From: a virus
Direction: 5' to 3' (one strand)
DNA: 64,000 bases
IMG/VR virus record: IMGVR_UViG_3300032073_005220
Coordinates: 64,001 to 128,000 of that record
Numbering within the stretch: the stretch's first letter is position 1; each line of letters starts with the position of its first letter. Under the pieces are notes generated by a model that saw nothing but the letters and a program-made list of their open reading frames with translations, was not told the origin of the DNA and did no database searches. Made by a program: the position numbers and the translations under genes. This document shows positions 54,928 through 64,000 of this stretch, piece by piece.

Positions 54928-57900
54928 TTAGTCCTTAGTAGAAATTAAAGTCCATGTTCCTTCTGAGTAAGTAAACATACCTACGCCATTTATAGTAGAT
55001 AAAGTTAATGGGTTTTTAAATGTAACTACCATACTAGGTGCTCCATCTCCCTTTTTCTTACCTTGTACATAACTCATTGTAATAGTTGCCGTATTAGTGC
55101 CTGGAGTTGTTGTTCCGTAAACTATAAATTGCTGCTTACTAATTGGTTCATAGTATCCTGTGTCTGTATCATATCTACAAAATAGCCTAGCTCCTCTTGG
55201 AGCAGTATATCCCGATCTGTCTCTTACATAAACTAATTTTCTTTGATTGTCAGCTAATGCCTGAGTAGAATAAGATGCGTCATCAAAAAATCCGCGAGCA
55301 GGAAAGGTCTCATCTAAATCGGGATCTTTTACCATATCTTCTTCTAGGGTTATATAAACATCCTTATAGACTTTAGGGCTGGTCATCCCCCAAACTTTTC
55401 TATTTTCGTCCCATCTTAAATCTACTGGGCCTACTGGCCACATATCTGGACGTTCAGCCCAATTGAGATAGAACTGTTTTAATTTAATTTTCTTTGTCCA
55501 GCCATTGGTGCCATATGATTGTGTCTTACTAATAATAGAACCGTCATACCCCTCGTCTGGTTCATAGCCTCCTTCCTCGCTTAAATCATCATTATAGAAG
55601 ACTGAATATACATCTGTACTTAACCCTATATCACCACCACCACCCCTGGACCAATCTGTATCATTTTGTAGTGTTAAGTTTGCTAGCTTTACTGTTTCCG
55701 ACTTATCATTCCCAGATTCTGCAAGAAATGCTGAACCTACAGCTAAAGAACTATAGGTCACTGCCGGTCCTAGTGTTCTTGTTCTCTTGAATCTTTTAGG
55801 CCTGCCAAATTCATCAATATCAATAGGTTCATCACAAGCATTCGGTACTGGATATCCTTCTGTGTCATAGCCCCATCCGTGTATCATCATAGGTCCTCTC
55901 AAGCCTACAAATCTCATATTGTGTTCTGGGCTTATGCCTGTTACGGGGTAGTCTGTATCAGAAAACCTATCGATAAATCTACTATCTAAATAATCATAAT
56001 CATAGTTTTTTACAGGTGTTGATTTACTAACACTACCAGGCTGTGATAAATGCGTCTGACTGCGAAATCCTGCTCCAACAATCTCTTTGTATATTGAACC
56101 CCTGCCTATTATAGAAATACTATTTCTTCCTTTATCTACAAAAGTTCTATTTTTTTCAGCTATTTGTAGTTCTTGATGAGCTCCATCAGGATGTTCTCCT
56201 ACATAATTTTGTGCATTAGCGTTTCTAAATTCGTGTTGTGGCATTACTATAGGCTGTAATGTAGTAATATTGATTGGTATATTTAAAGATAATCCCAGTC
56301 TTGCGGTGTTATCTCTAATTTGAGACTGATAAACTAAAGCATTATATTTTTTTAATTCTTCTAAAGAATTTCCTGTGGTGGTAATAAAAGGAGGGTACAA
56401 CTCTCCTTGTGCGGTGGTCGTTACGGTAGAACTATAAGCAGCTGCGTGTAACTTTTCATAAGGCTTCACACAACTATCACAATAGTATTCTACGATACCT
56501 GTTGCCAAAGTTGTGTTGGAAGACGGATATTTCTTGTATGTACGCTTAACTTTCTTAGTACCTGCGCAAATTGGACATGATTCTCGATCATACTTAGAAA
56601 TACTGTATGTACTTTTTGTATTAGTTGGATAAAAAGATATAGGAGAAAATATACCATCTAAACTCATAACAGAAGAATTAGACCACTCGTCCCGTAAGGA
56701 ATCTCCCAGTTCGCTGTCTGTATATATTTTAGTATCAGTATTAACTCTGTGTTCTAAATACAAATAAGGAAGCTGAGAATCATTTGATTGGTCAGAAAAT
56801 CCTCCTACTATATGCCCGCTACCTCCAGGATCATCCGAATGTTGATATCTAACTTCGGCTTTTTCTTGATCATTACCCAACAAAAGTCCTGGAGCAGAAA
56901 AACTCGAAAGCATCGCTTTTTCATCTAGTCCGCTAAACTTAGGCAAGAACTTATGTGCTGTACACACTATAGTTGTTACTGGACTTGTACCATAAGTCAT
57001 ACTGTTTTCAGGAATATTTCCTGCGTCTATTTGTCCTCTTCTTATCGCCTGTCTGTCCGTAAAGCGATTATTTACTATAGATCTTTTAAGATTGCCGATT
57101 TCTTTTTTTCTCAACATATTCTGTTGAGCCATTTTTTTAAATCTTTCTATATCTTGTCTATCAAATAATGATAACTTTCTAGTATATGTCCTAAAAGAGT
57201 ATTTGGTAGTAATTCCATTTTGACCCATACTCGTCATAATATTTGTCAATATAGGAGCTTGAGTATAGGAATCATGACGTATTCTATTGCCGTCTTCATT
57301 TACAATGGACACATCAGCAACAGCATATGGAATAGTTCCTTCTAGATAACTAGGATTCTCTAAACTCATATATTCATCTAGTTTGGTTAAAATAGGAGGA
57401 GCAAAGGATTTGTTGCTCTTAATCTCTGTAAAAACAAAATATTCTTTTTGGTTTACATTCTTAATATATCCATTTGTAGCATTTCTGCCAAATGAACCTC
57501 CTAAATTAAATATAGGACTACCCGCAATGTCTATACTTCCAACTTCTATGTTAGTTTGATAGTTTGCGTTTGCTCCAACATACTTTGTTGCATTCTCATC
57601 TAGTCCTCTCATTCCTCCGAAATTCCACGGGGCAAAATCTGAAACTACTTCAAACTTAGTGTCTCCAATCCAGTTATCTATTAATTTATGTTTTTGATCA
57701 TCTGAAGGTAACTCTAAAACGAGCTCCTCACAGCTACTATAATTTACATTACTGTTGCCGATATAAGTCTCGATTCCTGTAGCAAATACTTCGCTAGTAG
57801 GAGATAATGCTGGGTAGTTGGTCCAAGGGCCGTAAGAATAAATATTTGATTTAATCGGAATTCCAGCAAATAAAGGGTGTGCGCACTTTGGTGATATTTT

Positions 57901-60900
57901 TGTATTTTGTGCGGTAGGATTACCCCCCATAGAATTACTCTTTTGAAGACTGCCGAATGTAGAAATGAAAGGCTGAAAAAACCCTTTAAGTATCTTAATT
58001 CTATCGGGGTGACGACCACCAGCTCTAGTATATATAGCAAGGTCCTCCATGCCTATAGTTGCAGAAACCGTATTAGCAGGATCTGTTTGATATTGTTCAC
58101 TACTATTATTAAGTCTCAAAATATTAGTTTCTACCATCATTCTAGGATCTAGCATTTTTTCTGGATCTAAAAAGCTAAACTTAGGAGACACGTTGCAGTT
58201 TATATAAAGTTTTCTCTTTATTGCTCCGTGATTTTGCCCAAAAGCATCTAGTCCTGTAATTTTAGGAGGAGAAATGAAAGGATTTTGCGAGGCAATAGTA
58301 TTTTCCAAAGAGTTAGTGGCCATACAATCTACTATGACAAAACTACCAGCATTACTAGCCAAATCGCTTAGTAATAAGTTCTCAAAATAAAATTTATGTT
58401 TTTCAAGACCATCTCCTCTTTTAAGAGCTTGAGCATCATCCCAAGCACTATAACTAAAATAAGGATGCAAATCATCCACATCCGAATTCAGAAGCACATT
58501 TTGGGCATTAAGCTTGGAAGATTTAGCTAAAGCAAATCTTTGATAATCAAAAGAATATGTAGCATTATATCCCAATATAGGATTAATTTGACCTTTATCG
58601 TTAGACAGAGAAGCCCAATTTTCATCTCCGCATACAATATTATCGTCGATTTGATTTCCATACTCTTCCCAAGCTCCGTCTCCATCAGAGCAAGGCTCAT
58701 AACTATGTCTAATTTCTCCTCCGCCTTTAAATACATTAATGGTTCCCTGATCGTTTGATAAACTAAAAGAATACGGCTCCATCTCTGTTCTGCTTTGTAA
58801 ATATGGAGCTGTGACCATATATCGTTTACCATAGTATTCTTGACCAACAGATTTAATAAAAGCAGCTACAAGATCCAAATCTTTTCTAGCTTCTCCAGGA
58901 AAAGTAGCCATAGAAGTTGAACCCGTGTTCTCGGTGAGATCAGCATTTCCCTCTGGACCACAAGTATTTTCATTCGTGAACGACCATTTCCAATCATTTT
59001 CTTTTAGAGCCATCTCAGTCGCCCTGATATCACTGTGTCCTTCGTTAATAAAGTGTGCTTTAGATCTGGCAACGTAAGCACTATGCAGCATTATGTATAT
59101 GTCTGTTTTATATATTTTGCCCAAATTGTACGCTGCAAAACTATCGTTCCCGGCCATAGCTGACCTAATTTCTGATTCAGTAACCATAAACCATTCTGCT
59201 GTATAGCTTGGAGTAGCAGTTTCTTCTTCTGGTGATGCCTCGGTAGCTTCTGGTGGTGCGCCAGGATCAAAACCCTTCGTGTGAAATGACACACTAGAGT
59301 TTAGTATATTTACATTAGAAGCACGATTTAATTTATAGCTCGTATATCTACCCTGTAATCCAATTCTTGTAGCAGGCAACTCATCTTTATGAAACAGTAC
59401 ACATATTTGACCTGTCCAAAAATCATACCAAACCGGTCTAATTCTTCTAAAATCTGTGTTTGCGTTTTGAGCATCTATTTTATATCTATTTTCTAAAAGA
59501 TAACCAAAAAAAGGACAGATAGTATCTCTATATAAAGGGAAAAATCTTCTTGCTGTAATTTTAGACTGCTCTGTGATATTTGAACCTTCTGCGATATCTA
59601 GTGTTGTTACTGAAGTACCAGCACAAGGATCTAGTGCATATCTAACGTCGACCCCATGAGAAATAAATTTAGATTGACCATAATTACCACTTCTAATTTG
59701 TGTAGTATTAGGGTTTACTTCACTGTCTTCAAAAGCGGCATCTCTGTCGTTAAAAGCTAGTCCTAATTCAGCTTTAACTGCTTCGTCATTTTTTAAGCTA
59801 GTATTTCTATTATCTAATGCTGGATTTCTATTTGAGAAGAAAGCAGGAAATCTAATCTTTCCATAACCAAAAGTTTTAGTAAAATCAACAGAGATTCTCG
59901 TTCCAGTATTTGTGTCGCAATCCACCGAAGATAACTCTGGAACCCTAATTTTACCTAAAGTGTAATAGTCAACAAAACAACCACCAGCCTCTCCATCTTC
60001 AACATTATCTCCAGGGCTGTAAATATAAATGCTTTGTGTATATGCAAGTCTGGTATTTTTCGTCTGATATAGTCTTTGCTGATTAGGTCCAATAACTAGA
60101 GACCTACTGGAGGCGTCATTTTTTTCTTTACCGTAAGACAAAGATCCCACAGGAAAATTATCGCAAACTAATTTACTAACAGTACTTTGAATACCATTAA
60201 CTAAAGGAGCAAATCTCCTACTTACAGCAACCACCTTAATAACCCAGCCATCATTAGTATTAATCATGCTAGTAGTCCAATCCAATCCGTGGTCTTCGCA
60301 AATTTGATCAATCAGTTCGCTGATACTCATAGAATCAGCTTTAATTCTTTTATCACTTCCCATAATAGCGTAATGCAGATCTGACAGATCTAGTCTAAAC
60401 TGGCACCTATTATTACCTGTCCAGTTTCCCGGTGTAGGAGCAATTAGTCCCCATTTGTTTGTAGTTACAAAATCTCCTGTAATAGGATCATGAGCAGTAG
60501 GAGCTATAATTCTACCAAAAGGAGAAAAAGCATTTTTAGGACTAAAGTCATTATTTTCCGTAGAAGCTCTCAAGGTAAGATCGTCTGCACCAGCAAGTAC
60601 TCGTAGCCCCATTACTATATCTGTAACTAAAAAACCTTCTTCTTGTTTGTATGAAGAGCCTCCAAAATAATCAACACCAAAAGATTCTAAAAAACCATAA
60701 ACGTTAAATACATTTGGCATATTGCCGTAAGAATTATCTGTATTATTATATTTTAATTTATTGCCAACATAGTTAGTAGGAGCAGACCAATCAAAACTAT
60801 CCAGACTGCCAGCTATAGATCCTCCATAATTATCTAAAATTACAGTACAAGTATTTAAAATACTTTGAGGACTATTAACAACAACAGTATATATATCTCC

Positions 60901-61635
60901 GCTATTAGATTTGTTCTTTTTCCAAGATTGTACAAATCCACCAAAACTAAAATCTCCCATCTTAAAAAAAACTGGAGAATTAGTAATATTATATCCTCTA
61001 TTATTATAGAAATCTAAAAAGTCCGTCGACGGTATACCGTCAGGGTTCTCTTCACTTGGGGGAACGCTATATAGTCTATTAGTATTTGGAGGTACTACAG
61101 ATCCATCAAATTTAATATTATTTGCATCTCCTAAAAAACCAGGATCTTTTTTGGTCCACCAATACTGATCTACCTGTAATGTTCCGCTATCGTAAGGCCG
61201 ACGGAATTCATTTCCCTCAATATCCCTCCCTGCTGTAGCAGCAGGAAAATTAGTCTGATAATACACTTTGGCTTTAACTCTAGCTGTAGGATCACGCACA
61301 CTGCAGGGCTGATTATCTTTATTTATATAAATGTCTTCTTCTAGTCCTTGATAATAAGCATTAGCGGATATTCCCTTCCCAGGAGTACTACTAGAAGGAT
61401 GTTGATCATCACCACAGCCTACCGCAGTGTCTTCAGGCGATGTGTCTATTAGTGGAGCAGCATTATCGTTAACTAGATTTACAGTTAAAGTACTAGGTTG
61501 AGTGCCCCATCCTAGATTACAATTGTAGTCCATGACGCTAGCACCCAAAAAAATAGTTTGAGCAATAATCTTGCCATGCATTCTGTATTCTGTTTTACTT
61601 AAGCAATAATTTGGTCCATTAGCGTCATAGCTCAT
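54928..61635 (-). CDS. Very large putative tail/baseplate hub-like protein, 2235 aa
   Basis: N-terminal strands (STLTVNLV, FSFGGFVQSW, YTVVV) and SISELIDQICEDHGLDW resemble tail hub proteins; internal CPIC...CDSC. Confidence 0.55.
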   Translation of the reverse strand: MSYDANGPNYCLSKTEYRMHGKIIAQTIFLGASVMDYNCNLGWGTQPSTLTVNLVNDNAAPLIDTSPEDTAVGCGDDQHPSSSTPGKGISANAYYQGLEEDIYINKDNQPCSVRDPTARVKAKVYYQTNFPAATAGRDIEGNEFRRPYDSGTLQVDQYWWTKKDPGFLGDANNIKFDGSVVPPNTNRLYSVPPSEENPDGIPSTDFLDFYNNRGYNITNSPVFFKMGDFSFGGFVQSWKKNKSNSGDIYTVVVNSPQSILNTCTVILDNYGGSIAGSLDSFDWSAPTNYVGNKLKYNNTDNSYGNMPNVFNVYGFLESFGVDYFGGSSYKQEEGFLVTDIVMGLRVLAGADDLTLRASTENNDFSPKNAFSPFGRIIAPTAHDPITGDFVTTNKWGLIAPTPGNWTGNNRCQFRLDLSDLHYAIMGSDKRIKADSMSISELIDQICEDHGLDWTTSMINTNDGWVIKVVAVSRRFAPLVNGIQSTVSKLVCDNFPVGSLSYGKEKNDASSRSLVIGPNQQRLYQTKNTRLAYTQSIYIYSPGDNVEDGEAGGCFVDYYTLGKIRVPELSSVDCDTNTGTRISVDFTKTFGYGKIRFPAFFSNRNPALDNRNTSLKNDEAVKAELGLAFNDRDAAFEDSEVNPNTTQIRSGNYGQSKFISHGVDVRYALDPCAGTSVTTLDIAEGSNITEQSKITARRFFPLYRDTICPFFGYLLENRYKIDAQNANTDFRRIRPVWYDFWTGQICVLFHKDELPATRIGLQGRYTSYKLNRASNVNILNSSVSFHTKGFDPGAPPEATEASPEEETATPSYTAEWFMVTESEIRSAMAGNDSFAAYNLGKIYKTDIYIMLHSAYVARSKAHFINEGHSDIRATEMALKENDWKWSFTNENTCGPEGNADLTENTGSTSMATFPGEARKDLDLVAAFIKSVGQEYYGKRYMVTAPYLQSRTEMEPYSFSLSNDQGTINVFKGGGEIRHSYEPCSDGDGAWEEYGNQIDDNIVCGDENWASLSNDKGQINPILGYNATYSFDYQRFALAKSSKLNAQNVLLNSDVDDLHPYFSYSAWDDAQALKRGDGLEKHKFYFENLLLSDLASNAGSFVIVDCMATNSLENTIASQNPFISPPKITGLDAFGQNHGAIKRKLYINCNVSPKFSFLDPEKMLDPRMMVETNILRLNNSSEQYQTDPANTVSATIGMEDLAIYTRAGGRHPDRIKILKGFFQPFISTFGSLQKSNSMGGNPTAQNTKISPKCAHPLFAGIPIKSNIYSYGPWTNYPALSPTSEVFATGIETYIGNSNVNYSSCEELVLELPSDDQKHKLIDNWIGDTKFEVVSDFAPWNFGGMRGLDENATKYVGANANYQTNIEVGSIDIAGSPIFNLGGSFGRNATNGYIKNVNQKEYFVFTEIKSNKSFAPPILTKLDEYMSLENPSYLEGTIPYAVADVSIVNEDGNRIRHDSYTQAPILTNIMTSMGQNGITTKYSFRTYTRKLSLFDRQDIERFKKMAQQNMLRKKEIGNLKRSIVNNRFTDRQAIRRGQIDAGNIPENSMTYGTSPVTTIVCTAHKFLPKFSGLDEKAMLSSFSAPGLLLGNDQEKAEVRYQHSDDPGGSGHIVGGFSDQSNDSQLPYLYLEHRVNTDTKIYTDSELGDSLRDEWSNSSVMSLDGIFSPISFYPTNTKSTYSISKYDRESCPICAGTKKVKRTYKKYPSSNTTLATGIVEYYCDSCVKPYEKLHAAAYSSTVTTTAQGELYPPFITTTGNSLEELKKYNALVYQSQIRDNTARLGLSLNIPINITTLQPIVMPQHEFRNANAQNYVGEHPDGAHQELQIAEKNRTFVDKGRNSISIIGRGSIYKEIVGAGFRSQTHLSQPGSVSKSTPVKNYDYDYLDSRFIDRFSDTDYPVTGISPEHNMRFVGLRGPMMIHGWGYDTEGYPVPNACDEPIDIDEFGRPKRFKRTRTLGPAVTYSSLAVGSAFLAESGNDKSETVKLANLTLQNDTDWSRGGGGDIGLSTDVYSVFYNDDLSEEGGYEPDEGYDGSIISKTQSYGTNGWTKKIKLKQFYLNWAERPDMWPVGPVDLRWDENRKVWGMTSPKVYKDVYITLEEDMVKDPDLDETFPARGFFDDASYSTQALADNQRKLVYVRDRSGYTAPRGARLFCRYDTDTGYYEPISKQQFIVYGTTTPGTNTATITMSYVQGKKKGDGAPSMVVTFKNPLTLSTINGVGMFTYSEGTWTLISTKD

Positions 61636-63590
61636 ATATCATCCCAGTTATTTTCTGTAGTGCATTGTTGGTAAGCCCATGAAATTGAACGACTATATCT
61701 ACCTTCTGAAGGATTCCAACTTTCATCATCTCGCCTAACGAACACCTGTCCTCTGCTTAAAGCGGCTCTAGAACCCCCAGGAAATACACTGTTATCTCTA
61801 GCCCCAAAAGGTCTTAAGCCTGATACCATTGCAGACACAAGATTATAAATACTACCACTTTTATATAAAGGGCAGGCTGTTTGCGTCATAAAAAAGCCAT
61901 TGAATCCAGTAGGCGGCATTACAGTCAAATCAATATTTACATCTCTTGTAGTAGTAGTTTTAGCTCCTAAGTTTTGTAATACGGGACCTAGCTGCCTACC
62001 CAAAACAAAAACTTCTGCCAGCACATCTGTAGGCCCAGTATCGTTAACTGTTACACTTTCTGATATAGCTCCAGATATAGCAGATAATTTGTTACTAAAC
62101 TCATAGCTGTAAGATATAGATCCTTTTTTAGGATCAAATGTTTCACTAGTACTAATAGGAATAGGATTTAATAGACTTTCTCTACTATTGATAGGATTGT
62201 TTGTAGTACTAAATCTATTATAGTTTGCAGGAACAAAGTCTGAAGTGTAAATTCCATCTCTAGATGTGTTTAAAGCTGTACTAGCTCTCCAATATAATAA
62301 ATTTTTAATACCTCCAGTGTTATTAGTAGAACCATGCCAAGCTAGGGAGGCATTGTCAAATCTACTGGTTCCACTAGTAATTATACTTTCCCAGCCATCA
62401 GTCTTGCCTGTATAAGGCACCAATACGCCTCCAGTTATTGCTACTGCTTCACTGTCTCCAAGTGCTTTAAGCTCAACATCTCCACTAGGAGTCAAAGGCG
62501 TTCCATTTACAATATAAGTAGAGCTGGCCCCTATAGCTCCTTGTATATTTCCATTTACTCTTATGGTTTTCTGGTACTTTTCATTAGTGCTAACCTCAAG
62601 AGTGTACTCTTCTGTAAATAAAGATCCACTTGGCATACTAGTCCAACTGTCAACAACTTGATACAATGCAGTATTCATATCAAAATTGACAGACCTAACA
62701 AAATCGTATTTTCTATTAGGGTCTTCATCCGTCCTAGGGGCAACGCTTCTATTTCCATCTTGATTTTCTGCTGCGTCTAATCTACCACTTACCCATTTAC
62801 CAGCATTTTCTAACGCTTGTGCGTAAGCTTTTTCTACATCCTCTCCGCCTGTAAGACCTGTCCCGTTATCTCTAATGCCATTAGCAGCAACTGTATGTGT
62901 AACTTTAAATTTAGGGAAATTATATTCATGAACATTTTTACTTACAGCACCATTTGAAGTTTTGATCTTAGCATTCATAGTGATGTGTTCAAAATTAACT
63001 AAATCACTAACAGGCTCAATACTCCAACTGTCTATAGTATTTCTCACAGGAGCTTGTCCCACGCCTGTTATAAGGCCACTATTAACTCCTACAAAAGTCA
63101 TATTATATGTTAAATATTGTGTCCAATTATTTTCTGATTTATTTAGAGCTAAGTCTGTTGCCCTCGCAGAATCTAATTTATATAAAACATTCTCACTACC
63201 CTCAGGTCCACACTTAATTTCTAATGCTGCTATAGGGTTAGATAATAAGTGAGCTTCTAAGCCACTAGCTTTAGTAAGAAAAACTGATGGTCCAGCCCCG
63301 GTACTAATACCAGTAGCAATAATATAGCCTTCAACACTGACAGTATCTTCTACAGCTGTAGTGATACCTATATCGTTTTGAATAAAGTTTTTAGTAATAC
63401 TAACGAGAGGAGAAGGAGCTTCATCAGTACCTACTTGACATATCTCTCTAAATCCGCTACCAGCATAAAAGATATCTGTGTGGTCATGAGCATCTCCCGT
63501 ATTGTGTTGTATACTAATACTATTTCCGCCCATCTGACTACTATTAGTATAGTCATCAAACAGAGGGTTAATAAATACTCCGTCATGCAT
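61632..63590 (-). CDS. Putative tail structural protein
   Basis: Beta-rich Gly/Ser/Thr composition; repeated GSISYSYEF/GRYSRSISW strands; ATGA-coupled to the next gene. Confidence 0.55.
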   Translation of the reverse strand: MHDGVFINPLFDDYTNSSQMGGNSISIQHNTGDAHDHTDIFYAGSGFREICQVGTDEAPSPLVSITKNFIQNDIGITTAVEDTVSVEGYIIATGISTGAGPSVFLTKASGLEAHLLSNPIAALEIKCGPEGSENVLYKLDSARATDLALNKSENNWTQYLTYNMTFVGVNSGLITGVGQAPVRNTIDSWSIEPVSDLVNFEHITMNAKIKTSNGAVSKNVHEYNFPKFKVTHTVAANGIRDNGTGLTGGEDVEKAYAQALENAGKWVSGRLDAAENQDGNRSVAPRTDEDPNRKYDFVRSVNFDMNTALYQVVDSWTSMPSGSLFTEEYTLEVSTNEKYQKTIRVNGNIQGAIGASSTYIVNGTPLTPSGDVELKALGDSEAVAITGGVLVPYTGKTDGWESIITSGTSRFDNASLAWHGSTNNTGGIKNLLYWRASTALNTSRDGIYTSDFVPANYNRFSTTNNPINSRESLLNPIPISTSETFDPKKGSISYSYEFSNKLSAISGAISESVTVNDTGPTDVLAEVFVLGRQLGPVLQNLGAKTTTTRDVNIDLTVMPPTGFNGFFMTQTACPLYKSGSIYNLVSAMVSGLRPFGARDNSVFPGGSRAALSRGQVFVRRDDESWNPSEGRYSRSISWAYQQCTTENNWDDI

Positions 63591-63614
63591 TATGTTTTAT
63601 CCTTAATGTTCCTA

Positions 63615-64000
63615 TTAGCTTCTCTTTACAATACCAAAATGACCATTATTAATTTCTGTGGGTGTCCATTTTTTAGCGGGAGTGTGTAATGAGTTCTCCA
63701 TCAAATACTGATTTTGATATCTATAAACAGTACCAGTAACACTAAATTGTTGACCAATACCACTAACATCATAATCGTTAGTTAAAGGCAAGTCTCCAGA
63801 AGGAGCAAATACATTTTGAAATTGAACTCCTGTGCTTACTGCTCTAGAAGAATTAGTAATCTTAATTCCTCCAATAACATAATTGTTAATATTCAGAGCA
63901 GCATCGATGGTGATGTTATCAAAGTTAAACATTAAAGCATTATTATTATTTTCTGCATAAACGTAAGTATTATCTCCATCATCATCTTGCAAGTATTGTT
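63615..64000 (-). CDS. Putative virion protein, C-terminal fragment (5' end outside window)
   Basis: Frame stays open to the window edge; ends in WTPTEINNGHFGI, a pattern seen at the end of structural beta-sandwich domains. Confidence 0.5.
   Translation of the reverse strand, partial: QYLQDDDGDNTYVYAENNNNALMFNFDNITIDAALNINNYVIGGIKITNSSRAVSTGVQFQNVFAPSGDLPLTNDYDVSGIGQQFSVTGTVYRYQNQYLMENSLHTPAKKWTPTEINNGHFGIVKRS

Noticed and set aside
4004-63689. Many short antisense or nested ORFs (e.g. 4004..4291, 14747..14998, 38603..38899, 62962..63252)
   Set aside because: They lie within longer motif-bearing genes and show no recognisable motifs; they are most likely shadow ORFs.
1-64000. Giant eukaryotic virus or cellular chromosome origin
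   Set aside because: Shine-Dalgarno sites, translational coupling, sigma70 promoters, DnaE/DnaB/DnaG/SSB and giant tail-like genes, with no cellular housekeeping operons, point to a large bacteriophage.

Overview
Gene-dense, AT-rich (roughly 30-33% GC by eye) segment of what is almost certainly a large dsDNA tailed bacteriophage. It has bacterial-type RBSs and TAATG/ATGA overlaps, and no tRNA, rRNA or CRISPR was seen. Plus strand (1-47.4 kb), in order: (1) ClpP-like protease and a degenerate DeoC-fold gene; (2) a membrane-protein cassette with a TM-ComEA fusion and a papain-like C1 peptidase; (3) Thr/Pro-linker, Ig-repeat and very Cys-rich putative virion appendage proteins; (4) a glycan cassette (RgpF-like, GDP-L-fucose synthase, multidomain GT, sulfotransferase); (5) nucleotide metabolism (dCMP deaminase, class II RNR NrdJ, PhoH, dNMP kinase); (6) replication and recombination (RecA, DnaB, DnaG, PD-(D/E)XK exonuclease, an intein-less split DnaE with a DnaQ-like exonuclease and a small Cys protein between the halves, SSB); (7) a run of one intact and several degenerate sugar-enzyme folds; (8) a DUF559 nuclease and a Rad52-like protein. 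Minus strand (47.5-64 kb): very large putative tail/baseplate proteins. Most notable: the intein-less split Pol III alpha, Ig domains split across gene boundaries, a fucose/sulfate glycan cassette coupled to appendage genes, a recurrent intergenic GGTGTA motif, and several pseudo-enzymes. A Planctomycetota-type host is only a weak inference. All calls come from manual motif reading; no database searches were run.
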